NCBI GenBank assembly: GCA_904063045.1 | Contig: CAJFCJ010000005.1 | Span: 6,703 to 70,702, forward strand | Direction of reading: 5' to 3' | Origin: Dimorphilus gyrociliatus | Taxonomy: Eukaryota > Animalia > Annelida | Length of the DNA: 64,000 bases | Shown here: piece after piece, positions 63,640 to 64,000 of the stretch | How the letters are laid out: each line of letters begins with the position of its first letter | How positions within the stretch are numbered: position 1 is the first letter of the stretch | Program-made: the position numbers and the translations under genes | The notes under the pieces: model-generated | The model's database searches: none | Seen by the model: the letters and a program-made list of their open reading frames with translations, nothing else | Told to the model about the DNA's origin: nothing

Positions 63640-63862
63640 CCTTTAGCAGGGACATTTTTTTATGATTTGGTTAGTTTAACCATGTATCAAAAATTTTAAA
63701 GGCTATAAGTTGGATTTTTTTTATATTTGGTATTTTTGGCAATATAGCTGCACTTTCTCACATTGCATTAAAAGATAAACAAACATCTAGATTTTATCGT
63801 TTTAATGTAGCGTTTAGTGATTTTCTATCTTCAGAGTATATTTTAGGAATATGCAGTGTTTG
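63640..63862 (+). pseudogene. Inverted paralogous fragment (hinge-TM1-TM2) of the adjacent GRL101-like pseudogene
   Basis: 'KILKAISWIFFIFGIFGNIAALSHIALKDKQTSRFYRFNVAFSDFLSSEYILGICSV*'; DNA is near-identical to the reverse complement of 62581-62641 plus 61800-61868. Confidence 0.75.
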
Positions 63863-64000
63863 AAAAATGATAGTTTCATATTTTCTAACAACTTTGTTTT
63901 TTCTCTTCTACAAACTATGTTTAGTCAGAATGTAAACTTGGGAATTATTTTGACTAATTTCTTTAATTTATTAACTGTTTACTTTATGGCAAGTAAGCTG

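Noticed and set aside
1-64000. tRNA or rRNA genes and prokaryotic systems
   Set aside because: No cloverleaf with A/B boxes, rRNA sequence or operon-like organisation was seen.

Overview
AT-rich (roughly 28% GC by eye) animal genomic DNA with short GT-AG introns (about 50-75 nt). The TTAGGG-like motifs, GRL101-type receptors and compact introns suggest a compact-genome spiralian such as an annelid; this is inference only. Apparently intact genes: a CD225/dispanin protein, a small secreted Cys-containing prepro-peptide, an NR1-like nuclear receptor with an atypical P-box (EACKV), a U1 snRNA, an SDR9C/RDH-like dehydrogenase and two to three intronless ribonuclease-inhibitor-like LRR genes. These are interspersed with many decayed extracellular or immune-type genes (PAN/apple, F-type lectin, F5/8, TSP1, several LDLa/LRR-7TM GRL101-like remnants and a ROCO LRR-Roc-COR gene). 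The best-supported system is a Mutator family. It comprises a full-length but defective Phantom-like MULE with a perfect 9-bp TSD and arrays of a 16-bp subterminal repeat, plus about 205-bp MITEs that share its terminal motif and 9-bp TSDs, carry telomere-like TTAGGG repeats, and sit inside decayed lectin and receptor genes. Also present: Tc1 remnants, a foldback MITE family, two multi-hairpin elements of unknown class, and a strongly over-represented TAGGCCTA palindrome. All domain calls were made by eye; no searches were run.
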